A stretch of DNA of 62,821 bases, counting the filler, from Globobulimina sp. (lineage: Eukaryota): NCBI GenBank assembly GCA_003354225.1. It is 20 parts of 20 records of this genome, joined end to end, with 100 filler letters (N's around TTAATTAATTAA, not from the genome) between each part and the next. Parts side by side here need not be neighbours in the genome. Positions count along the whole stretch, not along the records: positions 1 to 3,049 come from PIVH01003889.1; positions 3,150 to 6,198 come from PIVH01003890.1; positions 6,299 to 9,346 come from PIVH01003891.1; 17 more parts are not named here. One strand, 5' to 3'. Both the position numbers and the translations under genes were made by a program. Below the pieces are notes generated by a model, which was given only the letters and a program-made list of their open reading frames with translations, did not search any database and was not told where the DNA came from. Position 1 is the stretch's first letter; each line of letters begins with the position of its first letter. Shown in pieces: positions 1 to 9,446 of this stretch.

Positions 1-57
1 TAATGGTTTAATTACAAATATTAAGAATAATATTGATAAGTAGATTTTGAATAACAT
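1..57 (-). CDS. 5' end of a divergent, probably secreted or membrane protein (MLFKIYLSILFLIFVIKPL...), cut by the contig edge
   Basis: ATG at 57 opens 19 hydrophobic codons to the edge; two minus-strand AAAATTGA motifs lie upstream. Confidence 0.45.
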   Translation of the reverse strand, partial: MLFKIYLSILFLIFVIKPL

Positions 58-167
58 ATTGGATATGTAATTTAAAATATCAAAGAGTTTTATGAAAGTT
101 TAGTGAAGTTAGTGAAGGTGAACGAGTGAGTTAAAAATAATAGTTTTGATTATAAATATTTTAAAAA

Positions 168-324
168 TCAATTTTATTCTTTTTATTGAATATGATATTC
201 TTAACCAAATCAATTTTTTTAATTGTTCTTTTCACTTGTTTCTTTTTATTGATGTAGTCACACTTACTCTTGGGTTATATAAAAAGATTCTTGGAATTAA
301 AAAGATTATTTGAATTAAAATTGA
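168..324. promoter_or_regulatory. Mimiviridae-type early promoter motifs AAAATTGA: minus strand at 168-175 and 210-217, plus strand at 317-324
   Basis: Exact octamers oriented toward the two divergent ORFs; the plus-strand copy ends 35 nt before the chitin synthase ATG. Confidence 0.7.
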
Positions 325-359
325 TTAATTAAAATAATAATATATTTATTAATTATATT

Positions 360-2363
360 ATGAATAATCAAATACATATTACACGAACAACTGATGCACG
401 ACCTATCAAAGGAACTAAATATTTTACATTACAACCAGAAGAAGATTGTTTATCTGTAATTATTCCATTTTTCAATGAAGGAAAACATGAATTATACTCA
501 ACATTCAAATCATTATATTATTGTTTTAAATATTTATGTAAAATGAAAACAGAATGGGCAAATCAAAAAATGAAAATAATAATCATTCAAGATGGTTGGT
601 ATAAAGCATCAGACTCAATGAAATGTTATTTAAAAGAACTTTTCCCAAAACAAATTAATAATGAAGATTGGTGGGATCATTATAAAGAATTTACAGATTA
701 TAATTTAGAAGAAGATGGTTCGGTAACATATATATTTGAGAGTAAAATACCAATATGTATTAATAAAACAGATGAATATCTAAATTTTTTAGATATAACG
801 ATGTTAATAAAGATAGATAATAGGAAGAAACATAATTCTCACGAATGGTTTATAGGTAATTCTGGATTTGGAGAATCAATGAAATCAAAATATATGTTTT
901 GTACGGATGCGTTTACAATGTTTCATAGAACGTGTTTGTATCACTTAGTTAATCATATGGATAATAATCCGTCTACATCTGTTGCAACAGGAAGACAAAG
1001 AGTTATGACAAAAGAACAACAACAAACAACTGAGAGCACTTTTTCATTATCAACAATGCTAAGGGCTGTCCAATTATTTGATTTTGAAGTATCAAATGCT
1101 GTATATAATGGAGCATTCGGATTAGGTGGTTGTTTACCCGTAATACCAGGACCGTGTGGTTTATATAGGTCAAGTGATATGATACAAGAAAATGTAAGAA
1201 ATTGGTATTTTGATATAGTAAATAAAGATCCGAGTGAAACAGGAATAGTATTAGGTAATTTAAAAATTGCTGAAGATAGAATATTATCATATACCGCAGT
1301 ATTAAAAACAGAAGAAGAAAGATATATGGCATTTATTCCATTATCTGTATTTTACTTTGAAGCGGAATTAGATTTAAAATACTTTTTATTACAAAGAAGA
1401 AGATGGATAAATGGTTCAGTCGCTGGTTATATATATTTATTAATTACAAATCCATCACATATACTAAAATGGAAAACAAATATTTTCCGTAAATTTTATA
1501 TTTGGTTATTATTGGTATGTCAATTAATTACATATATAATTGTATCATTTGCTCCAGCATTTACGATAAGTGTATTTTGGTATGCATCAAGTTATTTATT
1601 ATCATTAACAAGTTTAACACAAATAACTGTTAATAATATTTCATATATTGGAACACTTATTGGAATCGGGATATACGTATTAAATTATTATATTCATAAT
1701 ATAACAAAATTTTCAAAGAATGTAATATATTCGTTATTGGGATTCACAATACTAACATCTATATTATCATTCGTATCAGTTATATTGTATGCTAAAAATA
1801 GTATTAGTGGGGATATATTTACTTATATTATTACAAACTATAATATGATGTTATATTTGATTTTATTAGTATTTCTCTTTCCATTTGTAAATTCTATATT
1901 AATATCAGGAAGGTGTCATAGTTTTTTTTACATGATAAAATCTTCTTGGAGTTATCTATTATTTTCACATATGTTAATATCAGGTTTTGGTAGTTATTCA
2001 TTTTCAAGAACTTGGGATTTAAGTTGGGGAAATAGACCAACAACAACATTATCAGAAACGAACCAAACAAAGAAAGTATTTAAACTGAAAAGTATAATGG
2101 GAATATTAGTAATAATTTGTATAAATATTATAGTATTTATATTACCATTAAAAATACAATTATCAATATCAATGGTTTTCTTTTGTATTACATTAATTCA
2201 AATGTTTTTATCATTTATATATTTTGTATTAAAAGTTCCAACAAAAGTAAAGTATGTATATGCGAATATGAAGAATAGTGTAACAATGCAAGATATGATT
2301 AATGAAAATGTATTATCTATACAAACAGATATTGAAAATCAATTCGTGGAAGACATTATTTAA
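360..2363 (+). CDS. chs: Chitin synthase (GT2), compact intronless giant-virus-like form
   Basis: Motifs QDG, NRKKHNSH, TDA, VIPGP, AEDR, QRRRW and SWG, followed by a multi-TM C-terminus. Confidence 0.9.
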   Translation: MNNQIHITRTTDARPIKGTKYFTLQPEEDCLSVIIPFFNEGKHELYSTFKSLYYCFKYLCKMKTEWANQKMKIIIIQDGWYKASDSMKCYLKELFPKQINNEDWWDHYKEFTDYNLEEDGSVTYIFESKIPICINKTDEYLNFLDITMLIKIDNRKKHNSHEWFIGNSGFGESMKSKYMFCTDAFTMFHRTCLYHLVNHMDNNPSTSVATGRQRVMTKEQQQTTESTFSLSTMLRAVQLFDFEVSNAVYNGAFGLGGCLPVIPGPCGLYRSSDMIQENVRNWYFDIVNKDPSETGIVLGNLKIAEDRILSYTAVLKTEEERYMAFIPLSVFYFEAELDLKYFLLQRRRWINGSVAGYIYLLITNPSHILKWKTNIFRKFYIWLLLVCQLITYIIVSFAPAFTISVFWYASSYLLSLTSLTQITVNNISYIGTLIGIGIYVLNYYIHNITKFSKNVIYSLLGFTILTSILSFVSVILYAKNSISGDIFTYIITNYNMMLYLILLVFLFPFVNSILISGRCHSFFYMIKSSWSYLLFSHMLISGFGSYSFSRTWDLSWGNRPTTTLSETNQTKKVFKLKSIMGILVIICINIIVFILPLKIQLSISMVFFCITLIQMFLSFIYFVLKVPTKVKYVYANMKNSVTMQDMINENVLSIQTDIENQFVEDII

Positions 2364-2381
2364 ACTGATAATACATTATAT

Positions 2382-2406
2382 TTTTTGTATAGTATATATA
2401 CAAAAA
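2382..2406 (+). terminator. AT-rich hairpin, candidate Mimiviridae-type polyadenylation signal
   Basis: TTTTTGTATA-gtata-TATACAAAAA: perfect 10-bp stem 18 nt after the chs stop. Confidence 0.5.
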
Positions 2407-2410
2407 TTGA
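2403..2410 (+). promoter_or_regulatory. AAAATTGA early promoter motif
   Basis: Exact octamer 84 nt upstream of the ORF at 2495. Confidence 0.65.
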
Positions 2411-2494
2411 TTATCTTTTTCTCAATAAATTATTTTTATTAATTGAAACTATCCAGTAAAATTTTTATATTTTTATATAATATAAATATAAAAA

Positions 2495-3019
2495 ATGACT
2501 CGTGTAAAAACAATAGTAATCGTATCTGGATTTTTTGACCCAATTGGCATTCAACATATTATTTTATTTAATGAAGCAGCAAAATTAGGAGATCGTTTAG
2601 TAGTTGGTGTTAATTCTGATAAATGTGGAATAATGAAGAAAGGACAACCTTGTTTTATGCCTTTTAAAGATAGATTATTTATTTGTAAAAACTTAAAAAT
2701 GGTTAATGAAGTTATTGGATTTGAAGATTCTGATGGTTCAGCTTGCCAATTAATTCAAGATGTATATAATAATAATAAAGAAGGTATAGATAATGGTAGT
2801 ATTAAAATTATTTTTGCGAATGGTGGAGATAGATCACCAGGACAAGATGTTTGTCCAGAACAAAAATACGTAAATGAAAAATTATTAGGTAAAGTTGATT
2901 TAGTATATGGTGTAGGTGGTTTCCATAAATCTGGTTCATCCTCAACTTATTTGAGAGAATGGGTAAATAATACTTGTATTAGATATGGTATTGATTTCAA
3001 ATTATCTAAAAAATATTAA
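2495..3019 (+). CDS. Cytidylyltransferase-like (HIGH superfamily; TagD/RfaE-domain-II/RibL-like) nucleotidyltransferase
   Basis: VSGFFDP..QH, LVVGVNSD, M.F.DR, FANGGDR and KSGSSS match CTP_transf_like proteins. Confidence 0.85.
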   Translation: MTRVKTIVIVSGFFDPIGIQHIILFNEAAKLGDRLVVGVNSDKCGIMKKGQPCFMPFKDRLFICKNLKMVNEVIGFEDSDGSACQLIQDVYNNNKEGIDNGSIKIIFANGGDRSPGQDVCPEQKYVNEKLLGKVDLVYGVGGFHKSGSSSTYLREWVNNTCIRYGIDFKLSKKY

Positions 3020-3049
3020 ATTAATTTATACCAAATAATCGTTTATATA

Positions 3050-3149
3050 NNNNNNNNNNNNNNNNNNNNNNNNNNNNNNNNNNNNNNNNNNNNTTAATTA
3101 ATTAANNNNNNNNNNNNNNNNNNNNNNNNNNNNNNNNNNNNNNNNNNNN
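3050..3149. other. Artificial contig linker (N-run + TTAATTAATTAA + N-run, 100 nt); first of 19, recurring about every 3.15 kb up to 59678-59777
   Basis: Identical linker with stops in all six frames. Intervening contigs decrease from 3049 to 3044 nt, i.e. a length-sorted concatenation. Confidence 0.98.
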
Positions 3150-3268
3150 TTTAACTGTGGCCATAACCTTGCCACCGATTTGAACAGTGGATGCAACACA
3201 AATTTATAAAAATTGCATTGTGATTTTAAGAAATTCTCCACATTTTGTAAGCCAATCATCATCGGTAA
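3150..3268 (+). repeat. 119-nt terminal direct repeat of contig 2 (second copy 6080-6198)
   Basis: The first and last 119 nt of the contig are identical. Confidence 0.95.
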
Positions 3269-3326
3269 AGAATTAATTCCTAATTCTTTTTCTTTTTCAA
3301 CCTGATTTGTAAATTCTATACATATT
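3150..3326 (-). pseudogene. Cyclic nucleotide phosphodiesterase catalytic-domain C-terminal fragment; continues through the terminal repeat into 6079-5860
   Basis: ICIEFTNQVEKEKELGINSLPMM...KSQCNFYKFVLHPLF resembles the class I PDE EF..Q..EK.LG...SQ..F...PLF segment. Upstream coding sequence is absent. Confidence 0.7.
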
Positions 3327-3422
3327 TGCGGCGGGGTGTGCGGTGGGCTGTGGTGTGCGGTGGGGTGTGCTGCGGAGCGGGGGGTGTTGTGGAGCGGGGG
3401 CGGTGTGCAGCGGGTGGTGCTG
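3327..3422 (+). repeat. G-rich degenerate (GGTGTGC/GCGG)n low-complexity tract
   Basis: About 95 nt almost entirely G/T/C in an AT-rich context. Confidence 0.8.
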
Positions 3423-4145
3423 TCAAGCGATATTTTTTTATGAGATGAGAATTTCTGCACAATTTCAATTCATTTTTTAGTTGAATATATTATATAATTC
3501 AATGTCCCCATCGACTCGAATACCAAATGGTCGTTGTTTATGATAGCTTGATATTTTCTGGTTTTGTGGCATAATATAAGTCGATCCGCACAAACCAGTC
3601 TGATTTCTGCACATTGTGTCCATTTCACAGATTATATTTGCGATTTCTACATCAATGTTCCGTCTTGATCTGGAAACACTCCATAAACCATAATATCTGC
3701 TTAATTATCGCTGACATGTATTCTTTTTTTAATGTAATTACGGGAATAATTACGAATTAATAAAAAAATAACTTTACTGTTTTTTCCTTCTCGTTGCATG
3801 CCATTTTGCTATACCTATAGAAATGTCGAGTCATCAAAGTTTAATTTGCCTATAGAAAATAGAAAATAGAAATTATGGATTATAGGGGTATAAAGAGACA
3901 AGTCGCAAGAAACTAAACCAAAAGAGACAAAAAGCTAAAGAGCCGCTATAGAGGAAGCAACGTTGTTGACCCATCTGTCGCGATCCAATACGTCCATTGG
4001 TCAACTCCTAAAATAGGTCCAGCATTATTTACGGCCAAGCGCTGCCTATGTTGTGGATGTAGCAGTGCGCTCACTTTTTTGTTGATTTTGTCCATTTCGG
4101 GTTATGTCGATTGAAAAGAAATTCTGTTCACACTCATTTTTTGTA

Positions 4146-4285
4146 TTTAAAATATACAGATGTGGAATTAATGGAATTAATGGAATTAAAGCGGAATTGA
4201 GAGCAAAATCAAATTATATTCTCACTAAATGTTTGAATTTTAAAATATACAGATGTGGAATTGGAATTGAATGAAGGCGGAATTG
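4146..4285 (+). repeat. Short direct repeat TTTAAAATATACAGATGTGGAATT (4146-4169, 4239-4262) with GGAATT micro-repeats
   Basis: Two 24-nt copies, each followed by GGAATT units and GCGGAATTG. Confidence 0.75.
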
Positions 4286-4573
4286 GTTTGAAATAGCTAG
4301 CAAATAAGAAATATCCAGATCAGTTTTTGTCATCTTCGTTGTTTTTGTCTCCTTCAATTCCTAACTAAACTAAATTAAATTAAGTAGTTTTCAGTTCGTG
4401 GCAGTTTTTCTCATCTTTATCATGGCAACAGGTATTTTTTAAACATTTTAGCGTTTAACATTTGTTTGTTTGTGTCAAGGTACACGATAACGATCTGAAT
4501 CTGATTTGTGGCGATTGAAGCAAACATTGAATACGAATTAATATCATAATCCGACATGATTTAACAAATATAT

Positions 4574-5734
4574 TTGCAATATCAACCAATCAAAGTGTGC
4601 CTGGAGTGCTTAGCGTACGCCGGCACCGGAAACGTGTTGAAGATCCAGAAAATGCTCGGCATTTTGGGCGAACATTTCGATGACGAATTTGAGAAAGAAT
4701 TGGAAGAGCAAAAGAAAAACAAATCGGCCGAGGAGAAGAAGGAAGAGAAGAAACAGTCTGCGGAGGAAGAGGACGACGCAAAGGACGTCAAAGAAGACGA
4801 TTATCGGTATTATCAAAGCATCGCTACTTTGGGCATCTCCATCATCGCTTTGGGCGAGGATTTGGGCTCAACGATGTCGCTGCGAATGTTTAACCATTTG
4901 ATACAATACGGCAACATTCGCGTGAAGCGGGCGGTGCCCTTAGCATTGGCCATGATGTCTGTCAGCAATCCGCGGTTGGAGATCAGCGACACTTTAAGCA
5001 AATTGTCGCACGACCACGACGACTATGTGAGCATGAACGCGATCTTCGCATTGGGCATCATCGGGGCGGGCACCAATAATGCGCGGATCGCGCGGATGTT
5101 GCGGTCATTGACGCAGTATTACCATAAGGAAGCGGACCATTTGTATATCATCCGGATCGCGCAGGGATTGATCCATTTGGGCAAAGGCTTGCTGACTATA
5201 AAATGCTTCCATTCGGACCGCTTTTTATTGTCCAAAGTGAGCATTTGCGGCATTTTGACCACGTTGTTTTGCAACATTGGCACTTCCTATCCGCCCAAAC
5301 AAAGTCCGTTGGTGAGCGAGGCGGACAAATACGTGCCGCAATGGGGCAATACGAACACCATATCGTTGGTGGGCGACTTCCATTATTTGCTGTATACATT
5401 GAATTTGTGCATCAAGCCGCGAATGTTGATCACTTTGGACGCGGCGGCATTGAAGCCATTGATCACCACTGTCCGCGTGGGCCAGGCCTTGGATACGGTG
5501 GGTGTGGCGGGCAAAAATCCAAAAAGGATTACCGGCTTTCAAACGCATGAGACGCCGATTTTGTTGCAGTATAAAGATCGGGCGGAGTTGGCATCGGATA
5601 AATATTGTTCGGTGGCGTCGGTGTTGGAGGGCTTTGCCATTTTGACCATAAATCATGATTCGGAGCAAGAGCGAAGGAAAAAGAAACGAGCTGCCAAACA
5701 GAAAAAAAATAATATGAAAAAAGAATCTGACTGA
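4574..5734 (+). CDS. RPN1: 26S proteasome regulatory subunit Rpn1/PSMD2, C-terminal part only
   Basis: AYAGTGNVLKIQ, SKLSHD, GAGTNNARIA, RIAQGL.HLGKG, VRVGQA.DTVG and ITGFQTH motifs. Confidence 0.93.
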   Translation: MQYQPIKVCLECLAYAGTGNVLKIQKMLGILGEHFDDEFEKELEEQKKNKSAEEKKEEKKQSAEEEDDAKDVKEDDYRYYQSIATLGISIIALGEDLGSTMSLRMFNHLIQYGNIRVKRAVPLALAMMSVSNPRLEISDTLSKLSHDHDDYVSMNAIFALGIIGAGTNNARIARMLRSLTQYYHKEADHLYIIRIAQGLIHLGKGLLTIKCFHSDRFLLSKVSICGILTTLFCNIGTSYPPKQSPLVSEADKYVPQWGNTNTISLVGDFHYLLYTLNLCIKPRMLITLDAAALKPLITTVRVGQALDTVGVAGKNPKRITGFQTHETPILLQYKDRAELASDKYCSVASVLEGFAILTINHDSEQERRKKKRAAKQKKNNMKKESD

Positions 5735-5859
5735 CCGGCTGACACAAATTGATCTGACTTTGTTTATTTTTCTTTCGACGAGAATTATAAAATGAATTTA
5801 TTTTAATTGACATTTGCAAATTAATCCGTTTAATTTTTAGCTAACAATGAAAGGGTGTG

Positions 5860-6198
5860 CTACTGCTTCAGCAGTTTGACAAATACATCAATCAACGCAG
5901 GATTCATTTTGTTTGCCTGGATTGAACTTCGTCTGATTTGCTTAATTTTGGCTGCAGCACTGATTGGGGCTACTATTGACACACTTCTTTGTCTTTGAAG
6001 CATTTTTTGACGATATTGAACTTCTTTTAATGAATGAATAAAATATTGCTCATTGTTTAATAATTGCAAATATACAAATTTTAACTGTGGCCATAACCTT
6101 GCCACCGATTTGAACAGTGGATGCAACACAAATTTATAAAAATTGCATTGTGATTTTAAGAAATTCTCCACATTTTGTAAGCCAATCATCATCGGTAA
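5860..6198 (-). CDS. 3' end of phosphodiesterase, convergent with RPN1
   Basis: Continuation of the PDE fragment to a TAG stop. Confidence 0.7.
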   Translation of the reverse strand, partial: LPMMIGLQNVENFLKSQCNFYKFVLHPLFKSVARLWPQLKFVYLQLLNNEQYFIHSLKEVQYRQKMLQRQRSVSIVAPISAAAKIKQIRRSSIQANKMNPALIDVFVKLLKQ

Positions 6199-6478
6199 NN
6201 NNNNNNNNNNNNNNNNNNNNNNNNNNNNNNNNNNNNNNNNNNTTAATTAATTAANNNNNNNNNNNNNNNNNNNNNNNNNNNNNNNNNNNNNNNNNNNNTA
6301 GCGCTTATGTTGTCAATCCTAAACTAATACTATGTTGTCAAAGTGATATAAATATTGTTAATAGTAAATATATGTAAGTATCATTGAATTTGTCTTTGTG
6401 TGGCATATTTTTCGAATTTAAGACTGTCAATCAATGCACATAAAAAAAAACACAGTTTAACAATTAAAACAAAAAATG

Positions 6479-8551
6479 TTAACTGACAACACGATAACTA
6501 CTATTTTTAAGTACATCCTCCAACTTTATATTTGGCCGATATCCTTTCCATTTTTGAGTATTTTCCCTTAAATCTACACATCGAATATGCCCTGAACCAG
6601 ATGTTATAAATATTACTTCTTTATCCGTGCTATATAAAATAGGCCAATTTTCATAGTGATCCGTTTTATACCGATTACCATCACTATGTCCATACCATTT
6701 GTCTTTAGATACACCGACGCCATGAGCATATATACACCATTTATCTTTAACAACATCATAAAACTCATCAACTGCTTTTGTTTGCATACTATGACCACCT
6801 CCAACAAATACACGCTTATTATAATTATCATAAAAAATTCCTGTTCTACGTCTTGCTCCTTTACATTCCGTAACGACCGTTCTTTTATTCCTATGTCCGC
6901 TTAAATCAATTAATTCCGATTTCGGATCAGTTGCTTTATCACCACCAACAACCATTAATCTTTTTGCGTCCAACATAACTGTTGAAAACTGTTTACGTCT
7001 TTGCTGTAAATGTCCAAATGATAACCACTTCCATTCTTTCTTATTTTGGCCATAAAACTCTTTATTTCTAAATGATAAATTATAAATTGATATTCCTCCA
7101 CCAACTGCTATCAAACCATACCGTTCCGAATATAACAATGAACTGAAAAAACAAATAAAAACAGACATGATTTTTGACTAAAAAAAAAACTTCACTGCAC
7201 ATGGCATGGCATCATGCAGGATTTACACACTCTCAGTCGTGTGCCGTGTGTGTCTACAAAAGGTAACAAAGTGTGAATGTTAATCTGTGACTGACCTCAA
7301 TTCTCGCTTACAATTTGGCAGCGAATATTTAAAGCCAACAATTCTACGCGTATCGCTTTTATATAATTCTCTGTCATTAAAACATACCGCACAGCATTTC
7401 TTTTCAAATATATTACGTTTACCAGACACATGGTCACCACTTCGAATAAATATAAGTGAATACGTATCCGTTGAAAAATGTTTATAATAATCCTTATCAT
7501 AGCATTTATAATATCGATTATACGCATCATTTAATTTGGTAGTGACAGTTGCAGGCAATTTTATATTTTGTTCAAAACACAACGAAGAATTTTGTATTCT
7601 CCATTTATCAGTGAGCTGAGTTGAATTTTGTTTCTTGTTCACATTTAGTCCAAATATACGCATTTTATGATGACTATAAAAGTTATTTCTGACTTTGACA
7701 CAAATTGCTGTACTTTGGATTGGTACATGAAGTAGAAAAATCTCGTTATGACTGAAATACTTCAAACATAAATGGCAGATATCAATTGGTATAATAACAT
7801 GCGACAATAATTCTTCTCCAACCTCACGGATATAGCCATGAACCAATATTTCTTTATACGAAAACTGTTTATTCTCTTCAGAAAGGAAAGTATCTTCGAA
7901 TGGTTTTGATCCACTTGACTTTGTCGTTGATACTGCTGCAGACTGCTTTTTGTAACTCCTTGTTTGAGATGTTGCCTTTTTAACTTTTTTTTCTTTTGCA
8001 GCAGCAGCAGCATTTAAATATATGGTTTGCTGTGTTTGCTGATCAATGACTTGGACTAATTGTTGCATTTTGGTTTGCATTGCAGATTTGAAGTGATGTG
8101 CTCTATTTCTACAGCATTTAACAGTGCAATATGTATATAATTCATCCCATTGCGATTGAGTGTATGTTGCAAGCTGTTTGGAGCTTTTTATGTTTTGTAA
8201 TTTTAACATATATTCAATTCTGGAATCATAGAGTTCGTGCCGTCTTAACCATTTCCCGATTTCCAACCCAGAATTGCTTTTATTTCGCACTTTTTTCCCC
8301 GATTTTCGTCTTCGATTTTTCTTTTGGTTATGTTGATTGGATTGGAGTGGTGGAAGAGGTGGAGCCGGATTATAATGATCATTTTTTGTTAATTGATCTA
8401 TTTCGTTCAAAAATGTACCAATTGCGTTGTGATATTTATCATATGGTGTTAGCCTACGATACGCACGAAGCGTTGCAATCGCATGCTTCATTTGTGTATC
8501 GCTAGGTTTTGAATGATACGTTTTGAGATTGGATGATTTACTGTTCCCCAT
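6479..8551 (-). CDS. Two-exon protein: N-myristoylation motif, SAM-like region, LVHGYIRE..IP.DI..LC..YF motif and C-terminal Kelch-like repeats
   Basis: GT-AG intron 7295-7143 joins the two ORFs in frame; MGNSKS start; repeated hydrophobic-GG ... YD...KW motifs. Confidence 0.7.
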
Positions 8552-8639
8552 TATTTTTGCGGTATGTTTTGTTTTTTAAAGTAAGTTTTTGAACATGGAA
8601 TTGATTTTGATATCAATAAGCACAAAAATCAAAATGTAA

Positions 8640-9170
8640 TTATAATACAACGCAATTCCAGGGCGCTTGTTCATTATTTTTCTTTGCATTTTCCAATTGT
8701 TTCATTCTGAAAGGTAGCCAATCTCCATGCTCTATAAAGTCGACTCTACATTGTTCTATGCTGGGTACCCATTTTTCGTACGGTTGATAGTAAATATAAC
8801 CACATTTAATTGAGGTTGAAGTGTCGCTGATTATGATATCATTTCTATTTCTTATATCAAAAGTGTTGACACTTACAATTTTCCGTCTATACAAAGCAGG
8901 ATATCCTTCGATTCCATCTGCAGTCACTCTTTTGCCCTCCATTTCATCCATATTAAATTGTAGAAATTGACCAAAAATAACATCTTCATTATTATCAGAT
9001 TCCATAGCAACTGGATAAGGAAAACCATAAGGAACAATCATTTTAAATCCATAAACTACAGCATATGACGCAATAGCATTCGCTTTCCACGTTTCACCTA
9101 AACCATGTGCATAATCAGTTCGCAGTGTTCCATAAACAAAGAATCCAGTTGCTTCTTTTTGTTCAGTCAT
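8640..9170 (-). CDS. Gamma-glutamylcyclotransferase (AIG2-like) with C-terminal CaaX
   Basis: FVYGTLR, YP, DGIEGYP.LY.R and GDW motifs; ends in CVVL. Confidence 0.85.
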   Translation of the reverse strand: MTEQKEATGFFVYGTLRTDYAHGLGETWKANAIASYAVVYGFKMIVPYGFPYPVAMESDNNEDVIFGQFLQFNMDEMEGKRVTADGIEGYPALYRRKIVSVNTFDIRNRNDIIISDTSTSIKCGYIYYQPYEKWVPSIEQCRVDFIEHGDWLPFRMKQLENAKKNNEQAPWNCVVL

Positions 9171-9214
9171 CAGTATGTTAAAGTTTTCTGTTTCAAAATA
9201 TATGAATTTTAATC

Positions 9215-9346
9215 ATGGGTAATTTCTTCAACCATAATGCTTCTAAAACCAAGAAGTCGGAACCTCCACCACAACCTAAAAAAACACCAGCAACGATTAT
9301 TAAAAATGTCGAGAACAAACTATTAATATCGTGGAGTACAGAAATT
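9215..9346 (+). CDS. 5' end of a hypothetical protein (MGNFFNHNASK...), truncated by the contig end
   Basis: 44 open codons to the edge; MG start. Confidence 0.5.
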
Positions 9347-9446
9347 NNNNNNNNNNNNNNNNNNNNNNNNNNNNNNNNNNNNNNNNNNNNTTAATTAATT
9401 AANNNNNNNNNNNNNNNNNNNNNNNNNNNNNNNNNNNNNNNNNNNN

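Noticed and set aside
4146-4285. CRISPR-like repeats
   Set aside because: Only two copies with degenerate micro-repeats and no cas genes.
2363-5734. Apparent linkage of viral-like genes with RPN1 (endogenised virus)
   Set aside because: They are separated by a linker, so no physical adjacency is shown.
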